Notes: generated by a model from the sequence alone, not told the origin. Shown: positions 28,304-39,347, numbered from the stretch's first letter. The stretch: 64,000 bases of DNA from Candidatus Peregrinibacteria bacterium (GCA_963708185.1 OY970195.1:160001-224000), one strand, 5' to 3'. Made by a program: numbers and translations.

Positions 28304-30301
28304 TTATTTTTTTGAGGAATCTTTTTTGGACTGATCCACTTTTGGCGGATCGGTCGCATCTTCATGCTGGGTTTGTTCGTTCTGTTCACCATGGGTTCCC
28401 TGACCCTGTTCGTTCAGTTCCTGCATCTTGCGGCGTTTTTTTTCGATGTCCTTCTCTTCTTTTTTGCCGAAGAACTTGAGGAATTCCTTGCGGTTGATGG
28501 TTTCCTTTTTCAGGAGTACGGTTGCGATCTCCTCCATTTTTTCTTTATGGGTCGAGATGATCTGGCGGGTCCTGTCTTCCGCTTTTTTGAGGATTTTTTT
28601 GACCTCAGTATCGATTTGGGCCGCGATTTCTTCGGAATAGTTGCGGATATGTCCGAAGTCCCTGCCGAGGAAAATCTCGTTGTTCTGTTCACCGAAAATG
28701 ACCGGTCCGAGGGAGCTCATACCGTAACGGGTCACCATGTTGCGGGCGATGTTGGTGGCTTTTTCCAGGTCGTTGGAAGCGCCCGTGCTCATTTCACCGA
28801 AGAAAGTGATTTCGGAAACATAGCCTCCGAGGAGTGAACAAAGTTCGTCTTCGAATTTGCTTTTGGCTTTAAGATGTTTGTCTTCTTCGGGGAGGAACCA
28901 GGTCACGCCGAGGGCCATGCCACGGGAGACGATGGAGACTTTATGGACAGGATCGCAGTTTGGCAGGAGCTGGGCGACGAGAGCGTGGCCGATTTCGTGG
29001 TAGGCAGTGATCTTCTTTTCTTCCTTGGTGAGAACACGCGATTTCCGTTCAGGGCCCATGATGACCTTTTCGATGGACTCTTCGAGTTCGGACATCTCAA
29101 TCTGTTTTTTGTTGCGGCGGGCCGTCAGGATGGCGGCTTCGTTCATGAGGTTTTCCAGGTCTGCTCCGGCAAAGCCAGGGGTCTGCTGGGCAATTTTTCC
29201 GAGGTCGACGTTCTTGGCGAGAGGTTTATTGCGGGAATGGACTTTGAGGATGGCTTCGCGGTCGGCGACGTCGGGAATGTCCACCACCACTCGGCGATCG
29301 AAGCGTCCGGGACGGAGCAATGCCGGGTCGAGAACGTCGGGACGGTTGGTGGCCGCCATGACGATGACATTGGTATCTTTTTCGAATCCGTCCATCTCGG
29401 TAAGGATCTGGTTGAGGGTCTGTTCACGTTCGTCGTGTCCACCTCCCAGGCCCGCGCCGCGCTGTCGTCCAACGGCGTCGATTTCATCGATGAAGACGAT
29501 GCAGGGTGCATTGCGCTTAGCCTTGCGGAACAGGTCGCGGACGCGGCTTGCGCCAACACCCACGAACATTTCCACGAATTCGGAACCCGATATATTAAAG
29601 AAGGGGACGTTTGCTTCTCCTGCAACGGCGCGCGCCAGCAAGGTTTTTCCTGTTCCCGGTGCGCCGACGAGCAGTACGCCCTTGGGAATCTTGGCGCCCA
29701 TGTTGGTGTATTTGCTGGGATTTTTCAGGAAGTCGACGATTTCAACAAGTTCTTCTTTGGCTTCCTTGGCTCCGGCGACGTCGGCGAAGGTGGTTTTCTG
29801 TTTTTCTTTGTCGTAAAGGCGCGCGCGGCTCTTGCCGAAGGACATAGCCTGATTGTTGCTGTTCTGGGCCTGGCGCATCATGAAAGCGAAGAAGCCGATG
29901 ATGAGGAGGGTCGGGAGCAAATAACCGATGAGGTTGAGCCAGAAGTCCGTGCCGTCGGCGGGCTGGATGTCGATAACGATGTCTTTTTTGATCTGGTCCG
30001 GAACGTCCTTCAGGAGATCATCGACGGTTTCTCCGCTCTCTTTATAGGTATATTCCTGGCTGTTATCGATTCTGGCGATGTTGAGTTTGTCGCCTTCAAC
30101 GGCGATTTTGGCGATTTCACCCGATTTCGCCTGCTCGACAAACTGGTCGAGCGTGATTTTTTTAACATTGCTGCTGCCCGGATTGAAAATAATGTACGCT
30201 GCGGCAATGAGCAGTGCGATAATAACCAGGTAAATGAAACTGTTGCCCGGTCTGCGATTCGGCATTTTAAATCTTGGAGGCGTGTCGTCCATATTGGCCA
30301 T
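28304..30301 (-). CDS. ftsH: ATP-dependent zinc metalloprotease FtsH
   Basis: 2 TM helices, [37 protein letters not shown] zinc motif. Confidence 0.98.
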   Translation of the reverse strand: MANMDDTPPRFKMPNRRPGNSFIYLVIIALLIAAAYIIFNPGSSNVKKITLDQFVEQAKSGEIAKIAVEGDKLNIARIDNSQEYTYKESGETVDDLLKDVPDQIKKDIVIDIQPADGTDFWLNLIGYLLPTLLIIGFFAFMMRQAQNSNNQAMSFGKSRARLYDKEKQKTTFADVAGAKEAKEELVEIVDFLKNPSKYTNMGAKIPKGVLLVGAPGTGKTLLARAVAGEANVPFFNISGSEFVEMFVGVGASRVRDLFRKAKRNAPCIVFIDEIDAVGRQRGAGLGGGHDEREQTLNQILTEMDGFEKDTNVIVMAATNRPDVLDPALLRPGRFDRRVVVDIPDVADREAILKVHSRNKPLAKNVDLGKIAQQTPGFAGADLENLMNEAAILTARRNKKQIEMSELEESIEKVIMGPERKSRVLTKEEKKITAYHEIGHALVAQLLPNCDPVHKVSIVSRGMALGVTWFLPEEDKHLKAKSKFEDELCSLLGGYVSEITFFGEMSTGASNDLEKATNIARNMVTRYGMSSLGPVIFGEQNNEIFLGRDFGHIRNYSEEIAAQIDTEVKKILKKAEDRTRQIISTHKEKMEEIATVLLKKETINRKEFLKFFGKKEEKDIEKKRRKMQELNEQGQGTHGEQNEQTQHEDATDPPKVDQSKKDSSKK

Positions 30302-30343
30302 ATTGGAGAAATAGATTCCTAAAACAAAGTGGTTCCATTTTAC

Positions 30344-31348
30344 CTATTTTTGGATACTGAGTCTAATGTATCTCTTTTTTGTCGTTTTTCCGCGCGGTTC
30401 CCAGCTTACCTCTAAAAATGTTCGAGGTCCAAACTCTTTTTTTTTGCCGGCCTGCCGCTGTCCGAGGACGTTAAGAATTTCTTCGAGATGTTTGTTGGCG
30501 AGCTTTTTGGTCGAGCCGTGAAATTTTTTGTAAAGGTGTGCCAAAAGGTGTTTCTGGAACGCGGAATGTTCTTTCAGGAATGTGTCGAGTTCAATCCCGT
30601 TTTTTTTTTCGTTTTTGAGGAGCCAGTGTTCGCACTGTTGTTCGAGATAGTTGCTGGTCTGGGCAAAATTTTTCAGGGTGTCCCTGAAGGTTTGTTCAAA
30701 ATTGGGATTGATTTTCGGAAAGAGCGGAATGATTTTTTTCCTCAGCCAGTTGCGGGAAAATTCAGGATTTTCGTTCGAAGCGTCGAGGCGATAACGTGTG
30801 CGGTGTTTTTTGAGATTTTCGAGGATTTCTTTTTTGGTGATGCCGAGGAGCGGCCGTAAAATGTGACGTTTCCGATTTGCGGTTTCCATGCCTTTGATGC
30901 CGTTGAAATGAGCTCCGCGAATGAGGTTGAAAAGCATGGTCTCAATGTTGTCGTTAAGATGATGGGCCGTGACGATCCATCGCGCTTCGGAGTTTTTTCT
31001 CAGTTTTTCAAAAAAAAGATAGCGCGCTTCCCGTGCAGCTTCTTCCAGATTTTTTTTCGTTTTCAGAACGCCTTTTTTGATCCGTTTTACCTTGAAGGGT
31101 ATGCGGTGTTTTTTGCAGAATAAAGCCACGAATCTTTCATCGCCGTCGCTGTCTTTGCCGCGCAGGCCATGATTGACATGAGCGACGATTATACGGAAGG
31201 GGACGCGTTTTTGCAGATCAAGACATCGCTCCAAAAGGTACATCGAATCAGGGCCGCCCGAAACGCCGACAATGATCGTATCTTCAGGCCCGACGTTTTT
31301 TTCCATGCTTGCGCTGAAGTCGTCCATGGATTTTTTTTGTCCTTTCAT
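30344..31348 (-). CDS. tilS: tRNA(Ile)-lysidine synthase
   Basis: VSGGPDS PP-loop, HVNHGLR, AREARY, TAHHLND..ET, RPLL, D.SN...F.RN..R. Upstream of ftsH. Confidence 0.95.
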   Translation of the reverse strand: MKGQKKSMDDFSASMEKNVGPEDTIIVGVSGGPDSMYLLERCLDLQKRVPFRIIVAHVNHGLRGKDSDGDERFVALFCKKHRIPFKVKRIKKGVLKTKKNLEEAAREARYLFFEKLRKNSEARWIVTAHHLNDNIETMLFNLIRGAHFNGIKGMETANRKRHILRPLLGITKKEILENLKKHRTRYRLDASNENPEFSRNWLRKKIIPLFPKINPNFEQTFRDTLKNFAQTSNYLEQQCEHWLLKNEKKNGIELDTFLKEHSAFQKHLLAHLYKKFHGSTKKLANKHLEEILNVLGQRQAGKKKEFGPRTFLEVSWEPRGKTTKKRYIRLSIQK

Positions 31349-31682
31349 TGTGGTTTTTAATGAGTCGAGTAATCAGGAAAAGGTCGTCGTCGTCCGCCAT
31401 CTTGTTCCACATCATTTTTCCGCATTTTTTGCATCGGTGGAGGATTTTGAAACCTTTTTTGGCGGTCTGTTCGATGTCGACGGGTTCCATGAGCCCTAAA
31501 CAGTCGCTGAGGCGGTCTCCGGGGGTGTGTTCGTCGACGTGGAGCGAAGAGAGGCAATTTCTGCAGTGGTTGCGGCACCCTTTTGCGGCTGGAGGATTCG
31601 CTTCACCGCACTTTTTGCAGACAAACGGTTCGTTGCGGTGAATGGGGTTCTTTTTCGTGGGCTTGATGGTTTGAGTTCTCAC
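31284..31682 (-). CDS. RNHCP-domain zinc-binding protein
   Basis: CKKCG...RNHCRNCLSSLHVD..PGDR...C.GLMEP...HRCKKCG. Confidence 0.88.
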   Translation of the reverse strand: MRTQTIKPTKKNPIHRNEPFVCKKCGEANPPAAKGCRNHCRNCLSSLHVDEHTPGDRLSDCLGLMEPVDIEQTAKKGFKILHRCKKCGKMMWNKMADDDDLFLITRLIKNHNERTKKIHGRLQRKHGKKRRA

Positions 31683-31729
31683 TTGTTTTATGGTATAATA
31701 ATCAGATAAATCTTTTAAAACACAAACCT

Positions 31730-32404
31730 ATGGAAATCAAAAAGTCGGTCTCAAGTATGGTTGAGACCCAAAAAAATCGTCCGGTTCTCTTTATTTTTTC
31801 CATTATCTTACTGGTAGGTCTCGTGGCTTTCGCATTGTATCTTTCTTTTGCCAAGTCGGCAATCCAGGAGCAGCAGAAGCAACTTGATGCTGATATCACT
31901 TCGCTCAACAGTCAGATCCAGCAGCTCCAGTCGCAAAATGTGGAGGGGCAGCAGTACGCGCAGGAATGGCTCGCCCAGCTTGATAAAACCGAGGTCCGCT
32001 GGTCCCAGGTCATCAAAACGCTCCAGGATCTTCTTCCTGTGGATCCTTTGACGCAGCAGGCGCATGTCCAGTTCTTGTCCTACTCAGGAGCCGCAGGCGG
32101 GAAGCTCACCATGAACGCACAGACCGTTGCCGGTTCAAGCGATGCTTTCGGTGACGTCTCGACCCTTCTCAACGTTTTCAACAACAGCTCGTATTTCAAA
32201 AACGCTTACGTTCCTTCGATCAGTCACGGGATCACCCAGGCCGGGCAGGGCATCCTGACGTTTGTTTTTAACGTGACCTACGAAGAACAGCTTCCGCAGG
32301 CACAGCCTCTCGGAACGCAAAGGGTCCAGACCGGTTCAACGCAGCAAGCCGCGCCTTCCGGTACTTCGGCAGGGGATACCCAGAAAGTTCCCCGTTCGTC
32401 TTAA
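31730..32404 (+). CDS. type IV pilus assembly protein, PilN-like
   Basis: N-terminal TM, coiled coil, then a small alpha/beta domain (WSQVIKTLQDLLP). First gene of the pilus operon. Confidence 0.65.
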   Translation: MEIKKSVSSMVETQKNRPVLFIFSIILLVGLVAFALYLSFAKSAIQEQQKQLDADITSLNSQIQQLQSQNVEGQQYAQEWLAQLDKTEVRWSQVIKTLQDLLPVDPLTQQAHVQFLSYSGAAGGKLTMNAQTVAGSSDAFGDVSTLLNVFNNSSYFKNAYVPSISHGITQAGQGILTFVFNVTYEEQLPQAQPLGTQRVQTGSTQQAAPSGTSAGDTQKVPRSS

Positions 32405-32430
32405 ATCAATAATATTTTAATTTTTCCGCT

Positions 32431-33000
32431 ATGGCTTCAACAACAATGTCATCAGCTCCGCATCAATCCTCGAAAAATCTCCTGACGCTTATCGTTTTTC
32501 TGGTTGTCTTCATCGGTGCGGTATTTTACGTCAAACCGCTCTGGGATGACGTCAGCAGTCTGAGTCTTGGTCGCGACGATAAAATGCAGCAAAAAGAGCA
32601 ATTGACCAACCAGCTCAAAAGTCTCCAGGACATTCAGCAGAGCATGAGCCAGTCTTCGGAAGTTTCCCAGCAGACGACACTCAACGCGATTCCACAGCGA
32701 TTGGAGCAGGATAAGCTTATTACTGATTTGACCGGCATCGCGACGGCAAACGATATTGCCCTCAACAGCGTCAATTTCACCATTAACGCCGCTTCAAGCG
32801 ACCGTATCAAAAAGGCAGGCGTCAACGCAAACCTGACCGGCGATCTCGGCGGACTTCTCGGGTTTTTGAAAGGTGTCGAGTCCAGTACCCGCAAACTGTC
32901 GGTCAAGACGATCAGCGTTCAGACCGGGACGACCGATACCGGCATTCCCCGCGTCAATTTTAACGTCAACATGGAAGCTTACTATCTGGATAGTATTTAA
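32431..33000 (+). CDS. pilO: type IV pilus assembly protein, PilO-like
   Basis: TM + coiled coil + IP....D..L..IA...., G....LL.FLK.VE...R motif. Confidence 0.7.
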   Translation: MASTTMSSAPHQSSKNLLTLIVFLVVFIGAVFYVKPLWDDVSSLSLGRDDKMQQKEQLTNQLKSLQDIQQSMSQSSEVSQQTTLNAIPQRLEQDKLITDLTGIATANDIALNSVNFTINAASSDRIKKAGVNANLTGDLGGLLGFLKGVESSTRKLSVKTISVQTGTTDTGIPRVNFNVNMEAYYLDSI

Positions 33001-33018
33001 TGTTGTTTTCTCTTCCCT

Positions 33019-34242
33019 ATGGAAATTTCTCAACTTCCGAATCAGCCGCAAAAATCCGATAAACCTTCCGCCAAGTCCTTTTTGAAACAGCTTGGGAAGA
33101 AGGCTGAACGTCGCGGCCCTGAAGTCATTTACGGACTTTACGACAGCGCCCATCAGCCGATGATGACGCGACTGAACGATTTTTTGATCGATCACAGTAA
33201 CGTCCCGCTCCAGGAAAAATCCTACTTTTTCCAGCTGCTTTCCGTGATGGTCGATGCCGGCATTCCGGTCATCCAGGCCGTAAAGATGCTCGCCCGCAGA
33301 ACGGAAAGCGAAAGGTTCCGCAGGGTTTTGAACACCGTGGCGTATAGCGTGAGCCAGGGAAAGAATCTTTCCGAATCCATGGCTCGTTTTCCGCAGGTTT
33401 TCAGTGAAGTGGAAATCGGCGTGGTCAAAGCCGGTGAAGCCGCAGGGCATCTCGATAAAATGCTCTCCCGTCTGGCGACGCAGCTTGCCAAATCCCATGA
33501 ACTCCAGGTGAAACTTATTACCGCCTCGGTCTATCCGGTGGTGGTTTTGATCGTTCTTTTTCTTGCGGCCACGGGGATGTTGATCTGGGTTATTCCAAGT
33601 CTGCTTCAGCTTTTGACTGAGGGCGGGTTGCCCGCAGACCAGCTGCCGTTCGCCACTAAACTTTTGGTGGGGTTGAGTTTTGTGATGTCCAACTACTGGT
33701 GGGCCGTTTTTCTCGGCATCGCCGTGTTTTATCTCGTTGTCAGATATTCCATTTCCACCGAGAACGGACGATACCGCTGGGATCTTTTCAAACTTCGCAT
33801 TCCCGTCGTGGGAACGCTTCTGCGCAAGGTATTGATCCTTCGTTTTGTCAGCATGCTCGGAATCCTTCTGGAATCCGGGTTGCCCGTGGTCCAGGCGCTG
33901 ACGATCGTGGCGACTTCGCTTAACAACGAGATTTACCGTCTCAAGGTGTTTGAAGTCATCGCCAAGGTCCAGCAGGGACAGAAAATTTCAGACAGTCTGA
34001 TGGACACGCCGTTTTTGTTTCCGGAAACCATCGTGCAGATGATGTCCGTCGGCGAACAGTCCGCCTCGATCGGGTATATCACCCAGAAAGTCGGAACCCA
34101 ATACGATATGGAAATCGATTATTCGCTCAAACAGGTCATGGCACTCCTTGAACCCGTCCTTATCGTTTTCGTGGGTTTCACGGTGGCATTGCTGGCGCTC
34201 GCCATTTTGACGCCGATCTTCAAGTTGACCCAGCTTGTATAA
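33019..34242 (+). CDS. pilC: type IV pilus/T2SS inner-membrane platform protein PilC (GspF family)
   Basis: QLLSVMVDAGIP, AGEAAGHL, YP, GEQS, LLEP motifs. Confidence 0.93.
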   Translation: MEISQLPNQPQKSDKPSAKSFLKQLGKKAERRGPEVIYGLYDSAHQPMMTRLNDFLIDHSNVPLQEKSYFFQLLSVMVDAGIPVIQAVKMLARRTESERFRRVLNTVAYSVSQGKNLSESMARFPQVFSEVEIGVVKAGEAAGHLDKMLSRLATQLAKSHELQVKLITASVYPVVVLIVLFLAATGMLIWVIPSLLQLLTEGGLPADQLPFATKLLVGLSFVMSNYWWAVFLGIAVFYLVVRYSISTENGRYRWDLFKLRIPVVGTLLRKVLILRFVSMLGILLESGLPVVQALTIVATSLNNEIYRLKVFEVIAKVQQGQKISDSLMDTPFLFPETIVQMMSVGEQSASIGYITQKVGTQYDMEIDYSLKQVMALLEPVLIVFVGFTVALLALAILTPIFKLTQLV

Positions 34243-34305
34243 CGGACAAGCGACGGAGAAAGAGTTTGGGTGGAGGATTGCGCGAATGTTCAAACCATCA
34301 ACGTT

Positions 34306-34971
34306 ATGAAAAAAAACTTTGACCATTCAGAAAAAAAACTTCAGGGGTTTACCCTTGTCGAGATGCTCGTCGTCATCGTGATCGTCGGTATTCTGGCGGT
34401 CCTGGCGGTGAGCAGTTTCGGTACCGCTCGACGGAAAGCCCGTCTGGACGTTGCCGTTGATTTGATCGCGAGCAGCATCAAAGAGCAACAGGGCAAAGCA
34501 AGAACAGGGAACCAGGTCAGTGACCAGACGTCCTGTTACGGGGTGGTTTTTCAGAAAGCCGAGCCCTATGTGCAGACGGTGTCCATTCCTTACGTTTCCG
34601 TGGCCAAGGAGCAGAATTCGCCCTATGCCGATTATTGCGATACCAATAATTCCACCGCGCCGATAGTGAAGACGGCTCTCGCCGTCGACCAGGACATTGA
34701 AGTCGACGGCATCCAGAAGGCCGGGGCTTCCGTCGGCAATCTCGCGCTGGTTTTCAAACCTCCTTTCGGGAGCGTCTACCAGGCCGACACGGCCGAGAAC
34801 GTTGCCCCGGACGCAAAGGCCGATCAGAGCATGGTGCAGATTTTTTTCAACCAGGGCGGCAACGATCCGACCGATGAACGAGGTCTGCAGTTTGATCCTT
34901 TGACCGGCATGGTCGGCAGAATCAGCCCTTCCGCCCAAACGCTTACCCAGATTCAATTACCAACGCCATGA
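34306..34971 (+). CDS. type IV prepilin-like protein (FimT/FimU-like)
   Basis: Class III signal QG|FTLVEMLVVIVIVGIL. Start placed at MKKNFD. Confidence 0.88.
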   Translation: MKKNFDHSEKKLQGFTLVEMLVVIVIVGILAVLAVSSFGTARRKARLDVAVDLIASSIKEQQGKARTGNQVSDQTSCYGVVFQKAEPYVQTVSIPYVSVAKEQNSPYADYCDTNNSTAPIVKTALAVDQDIEVDGIQKAGASVGNLALVFKPPFGSVYQADTAENVAPDAKADQSMVQIFFNQGGNDPTDERGLQFDPLTGMVGRISPSAQTLTQIQLPTP

Positions 34972-35663
34972 AGAAATTTTCTTCCAACAAACAGGCTTTT
35001 ACCCTCGTGGAGGTCATCGTGGCCTTCAGCGTCCTGGTGCTGGTGATCGTGGCTTCGACCAATCTTTTGGTTTCGGTCATACGCAGCAATACCGAAAATG
35101 AAAACACTCTCGTCGCCTATGGGCTTGCCCAGGAAGGACTTGAGGCCGTCCGCAACATGCGCGACAGCGATTGGCTCCTGGGAGCGGATTTTGAGGGGTA
35201 CGTCGGGACGAGCTGCGTCTGGGAAGGTGGATGTTTTCCGCAACAGATCGATACTTCTGCGGATTACGTGTTGGATTTCAGACAGATCGACAGCCAGGGC
35301 GCCGACATTACGCATGCCAGCGATTTGCAGAGTGTATCGCCCTGGATGTTTTATCCCGTGGATTTAAGCGATCCGAACGGGCTGGACTGGCAAAAGACGA
35401 AGCTTTACATTCCCAAAGCACCGGATCAGGGACAAAATCAGGTTCCGGTCTGGTATAAACCCTGCGTCAACGGTTGTGACAATACGGTGACTCAGAGTCC
35501 TTTTTCCCGATACATCGAGGTTGTCCCTGCGGGGTATCAGGCAGGAGATACCGACATTAAAAAATACCGCGTGACTTCTGTCGTGCGTTGGCAGGAGATC
35601 GGTCGTCCCAAAGAAGTACGTTTGACGACTGAACTCACTGACTGGAAAGGAGGCCCGTTATGA
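34968..35663 (+). CDS. type IV minor pilin (PilV-like)
   Basis: QA|FTLVEVIVAF, LAQEGLEAVRN.RD, V.W, LTDW. ATGA-coupled. Confidence 0.88.
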   Translation: MKKFSSNKQAFTLVEVIVAFSVLVLVIVASTNLLVSVIRSNTENENTLVAYGLAQEGLEAVRNMRDSDWLLGADFEGYVGTSCVWEGGCFPQQIDTSADYVLDFRQIDSQGADITHASDLQSVSPWMFYPVDLSDPNGLDWQKTKLYIPKAPDQGQNQVPVWYKPCVNGCDNTVTQSPFSRYIEVVPAGYQAGDTDIKKYRVTSVVRWQEIGRPKEVRLTTELTDWKGGPL

Positions 35664-36499
35664 TCCATCACACTTTTAAAACCCGTAATGGATTCACCCT
35701 CATCGAACTTCTCGTGAGCATCGCCATCTTTGTGATGTTCCTCGGCGTTGTGTCGCTGTCGTATATCGGCATCGTGCGTTCGCAGCGTCAGGCCAACGAG
35801 GTGCGCAAGATGTACTCCGACGTCCGCAGTTTTGTTGAGTCGTTGGCAGAAGACATGCGTCTCGGGACGATCGATTACGACTGTTATCAGCCCTCATTGA
35901 GCGCGTCGAACAATTCTCTTCTGGCTTTTTTGGGAGGCATCGTCGCTCATGCCGCACCGAATCCTTTGCCGATACCTCTCCAACTCAATCCGAATCTGAA
36001 TCTTGCGGTTCCTCTGCTTCAACTCCAGAACAACCCGTGTCCTTTCAATGCGATCCTTGATCCTTCAACCTATCATGCGGATCAAAGTCCTTACCTTGCC
36101 ATCGTGAACAAAGACCAGACCCAGAAAGTCGTGTACTGGTTCGACAAGGACAACCAGCAGCTCAAGGTGAAACGCTATGTCGGCCAGAAAGAGGATAATA
36201 CCGATATTCCTCAGTGGTCCGATGCACCGGGATATTCATCCACAGATGACGGGGTCGATCCTTTGAACGGATCCAGGACGCTGCTTTCCGACATGGTGAA
36301 GGTGACGAACCTGACTTTTTCGGTGAACCCTCCGGTCAATCCGTACGCTTCGGCGAATTATGCCAAGAACCAGTACCAGTTCCAGCCAAAGGTGACGCTC
36401 ACCATGACCGTGGAAAACGCTTCCTACAACGTTGCACCGTTCCATCTGAATTTTCAGACGACGCTTTCTTCCAGAGTTTATAGCCGTTCAAGCTCATGA
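35660..36499 (+). CDS. type IV minor pilin (PilW-like)
   Basis: NG|FTLIELLVSIAIF, C-terminal QP.VT...QTTLSSR. Confidence 0.88.
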   Translation: MIHHTFKTRNGFTLIELLVSIAIFVMFLGVVSLSYIGIVRSQRQANEVRKMYSDVRSFVESLAEDMRLGTIDYDCYQPSLSASNNSLLAFLGGIVAHAAPNPLPIPLQLNPNLNLAVPLLQLQNNPCPFNAILDPSTYHADQSPYLAIVNKDQTQKVVYWFDKDNQQLKVKRYVGQKEDNTDIPQWSDAPGYSSTDDGVDPLNGSRTLLSDMVKVTNLTFSVNPPVNPYASANYAKNQYQFQPKVTLTMTVENASYNVAPFHLNFQTTLSSRVYSRSSS

Positions 36500-37742
36500 A
36501 AAACCTTACTGTCACAATGAGGAGAGCAATGTATTCCGCAAAAAAGGGGAGCGCTCTGCTGATAGCTATTCTGGTGATGGGGATTTTGATTACGCTGACC
36601 TTGGGTTTGAGTAACCTGGTCATCCGCGAGATCAGCCAGACCACGGACGTGGTGTCCGCCGGCAAGGCCTATTTTGCGGCCGAAGCGGGCATCGAGAACG
36701 CACTGCTGGATCTTCACGAAAATCTTCCCGGGTATGAAACCCAGAATCCCGGCGATCCCAACGATCCGTACGTTCCGATTCAGGACCCTGCCACGGGCCT
36801 GGACGCACGCTACCGCATTCAAAGTAAAGCTGATCCCACCTACAATAACGTTCCATCTTTCGATTCGGACAAACCGGTTTTCCTGACGGGCGACGTTCCG
36901 ACCAACGTGAGCTTCGCGTACAGCGATCACCCCGAGGCCACTTATAAGGATCTTCCCCTGAGCGAATCGGCGGTCATACCGTTGTATTCGGCAAATTCGG
37001 ACGGAACTTTTTCCAACGTGACGAATTTTTTGATCGAATATTATGTCGATTTCACCCAGGATGAGGCGACGGCATCGCAGATTAATTCCGGGGATTTCAA
37101 GAAGATCGATATTCTACGCTGGAAGATTTTCGGTAAACCGGATCCGAACCAGGGCGGCGACATTTCCAAAACCGACTCGATTTCCGATTTTTTCCCTTCA
37201 ACGTTCGAAGCATCAGCTTCGTTCCCGATGTGTATCGGTACTGATCAGTCGCTGGCTCCGACAGCCAACCATCAGGGATGCCAGTTTCCCGCATTGTTGC
37301 CGAAAGCAGGGGCGAACCTGGGGCCGATGAAATCTCCGGATTGTGGAGCGCCGCCCGCGAGTGTTACCTCACGGATTCCGGGACCGCCACAGGAGGTCTT
37401 GCAGATATCCAGTACAACTGCACCATCAAGGATTTTATCGACCATCATGTCCAGAACTATCTCGTGCTCACCAACGTCATCAATCCGGATGTTTTGCGTC
37501 CGGGGTTAACGTTGAATTCCGCAGAATCCAAAGCCCTGTTCAAGATTCATTATCGCGTGGTGGCCCAGCCTTCCACGACGGATTCAAGTGCTCCGAGACT
37601 GGTTCGCGAAGCCGCTTCCGTCAGTTCGGACGGATACGCCGCGAACGAAAAGGTGAAACAGAGCATCGACGTCAAGATCGACCAGCGTTCGTTCCTGCCG
37701 GTGTTCAACTTCTCGCTCTACCACACCAAGACCGGCAGCTAA
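36496..37742 (+). CDS. PilX-like minor pilin, frameshifted near 37290
   Basis: KG|SALLIAILVM, KAYFAAEAGIE.AL. One extra C in TTTCCCGC joins it to ORF 37278-37742. Confidence 0.78.
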
Positions 37743-37814
37743 ACGGTTTGAATTCATGATTGACAGTCGCTCTGAATATCGCTTCAATAAAGGGGTGTTT
37801 TTTAGCTGATATTC

Positions 37815-39347
37815 ATGCCTTCAAAGTTTTATGTCACCACATCAATTGCTTACGTGAATGCCAAACCCCACATCGGGTTCGCCATGGAAGTTATCCAGGC
37901 CGACGTCCTGGCCCGCTATCACCGTCTTCTCGGTGATGATACTTTTTTTATGACCGGAACGGACGAACACGGCATGAAAATCGAGCAAACGGCTGAGGAA
38001 CAGGGCAAAACGCCCCAACAGCTTGTGGATGAGAACTCTGGTTATTTCCGCGCGCTTGAACGTTTGCTGACGCTTTCCAATGATAAGTTTATCCGCACTA
38101 CCGACGATTTTCACATGGAGGGTGCCAAAAAGCTGTGGTCCAAACTCGTGGAATCCGGTGATATTTACAAAGGTTCCTACGAAGGTCTGTATTGCGTGGG
38201 CTGTGAGTCTTTCAAAACGGAACGGGAGATCGTGGACGGCATGTGTCCTCTCCACAAAAAACCTCTGCAAAAGGTTAAGGAGGAGAACTATTTTTTCAAA
38301 CTTTCCAAATATTCCGACGAAATCAAACGGAGGATTTTTGAGCGGGATCTGGTTATTCTCCCGGAAGCCCGCAAGCACGAAATTGTGTCGGTTCTGGACG
38401 AAGGGCTCAAGGACGTCAGTTTTTCCCGTCCCAAAAAAGTGCTGAAGTGGGGGATAGAAGTGCCCGGTGATCCCGACCAGGTAATGTATGTGTGGTGCGA
38501 CGCGCTGTCCAACTATATTACCGGGGTGGGTTATGGCAGTGACGAAAAACAGTTCAAAACGTTTTGGCCCGCGGATGTGCATCTCATCGGTAAAGACATT
38601 CTGCGTTTCCATTCCGCCATCTGGATCGGGATGCTGCTTTCGGCCGGAATCCCCGTTCCGCGGGCGATTTACGTGCACGGGTTCATTACTTCCGAAGGCA
38701 TGAAAATGAGCAAGAGTCTGAACAACGTGGTTGATCCGGTCACGGTGGTCGAACAGTTCGGCGTGGACGCTTTACGGTATTTTTTGTTGAAGGAGATCCC
38801 GACGATGGACGATGGAGACTTCAGCAAAGATCGCTTCAAGATCGTTTACGATTCGGAACTTGCGGACACCTACGGCAATCTCGTCAGCAGAGTCCTGGCA
38901 ATGGCTTCCAAATATTTTGAGGGGAAGATGCCGGAGGCAACGCTTGGAGGCGAGTTTGAACATTTTCACGGTGATTTTGAAAAATTTTGGAAGAGCTATG
39001 ACGAAGCGATTGGAAGGTTTGATCTCAAGGTCGCTTTGGAGCATGTGATCGCCCGGGCGATCGAAGCCAACCAGTTCGTGGAAGTTAACAAGCCCTGGGC
39101 TTTGGCCAAGACCGATCCCGAGAAGCTCGCCCAGGTCATGGTCGTTCTGCTGGAAATGATCCGTCAGACCACACTGGCGTTATTGCCTTTCATCCCAACG
39201 ACCGCGCAGAAAGTCCTTGCCTATTTGGGACAGGGTGAAGTTTCAACATACGGCGCAGCAAGAACCTGGGGCATGCTCAAAGCCGGCACCCAGCTTCAAA
39301 AAGCCGAACCGCTTTTCCCAAAGGTGGCGCCAGAGGCATCTAGCTAA
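37815..39347 (+). CDS. metG: methionine--tRNA ligase (short form)
   Basis: YVNAKPHIGF, TGTDEHG, CxxC...CP.H, YVWCDAL, GKDILRFH, KMSKS. Confidence 0.97.
   Translation: MPSKFYVTTSIAYVNAKPHIGFAMEVIQADVLARYHRLLGDDTFFMTGTDEHGMKIEQTAEEQGKTPQQLVDENSGYFRALERLLTLSNDKFIRTTDDFHMEGAKKLWSKLVESGDIYKGSYEGLYCVGCESFKTEREIVDGMCPLHKKPLQKVKEENYFFKLSKYSDEIKRRIFERDLVILPEARKHEIVSVLDEGLKDVSFSRPKKVLKWGIEVPGDPDQVMYVWCDALSNYITGVGYGSDEKQFKTFWPADVHLIGKDILRFHSAIWIGMLLSAGIPVPRAIYVHGFITSEGMKMSKSLNNVVDPVTVVEQFGVDALRYFLLKEIPTMDDGDFSKDRFKIVYDSELADTYGNLVSRVLAMASKYFEGKMPEATLGGEFEHFHGDFEKFWKSYDEAIGRFDLKVALEHVIARAIEANQFVEVNKPWALAKTDPEKLAQVMVVLLEMIRQTTLALLPFIPTTAQKVLAYLGQGEVSTYGAARTWGMLKAGTQLQKAEPLFPKVAPEASS

Noticed and set aside
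28874-30322. Long + strand ORFs antisense to conserved genes (482 aa over ftsH; also 44409-45539 over pilT, 24724-25803, 12863-13726)
   Set aside because: Shadow frames produced by codon bias of the real minus-strand genes. They have no recognisable motifs.
31284-31348. Gene overlaps (RNHCP/tilS 65 bp, trpG/next ORF 38 bp, pilin 1/pilin 2 20 bp) as dual coding or extra frameshifts
   Set aside because: These are short non-conserved C-terminal read-throughs past the next start codon, as expected with translational coupling in compact genomes.
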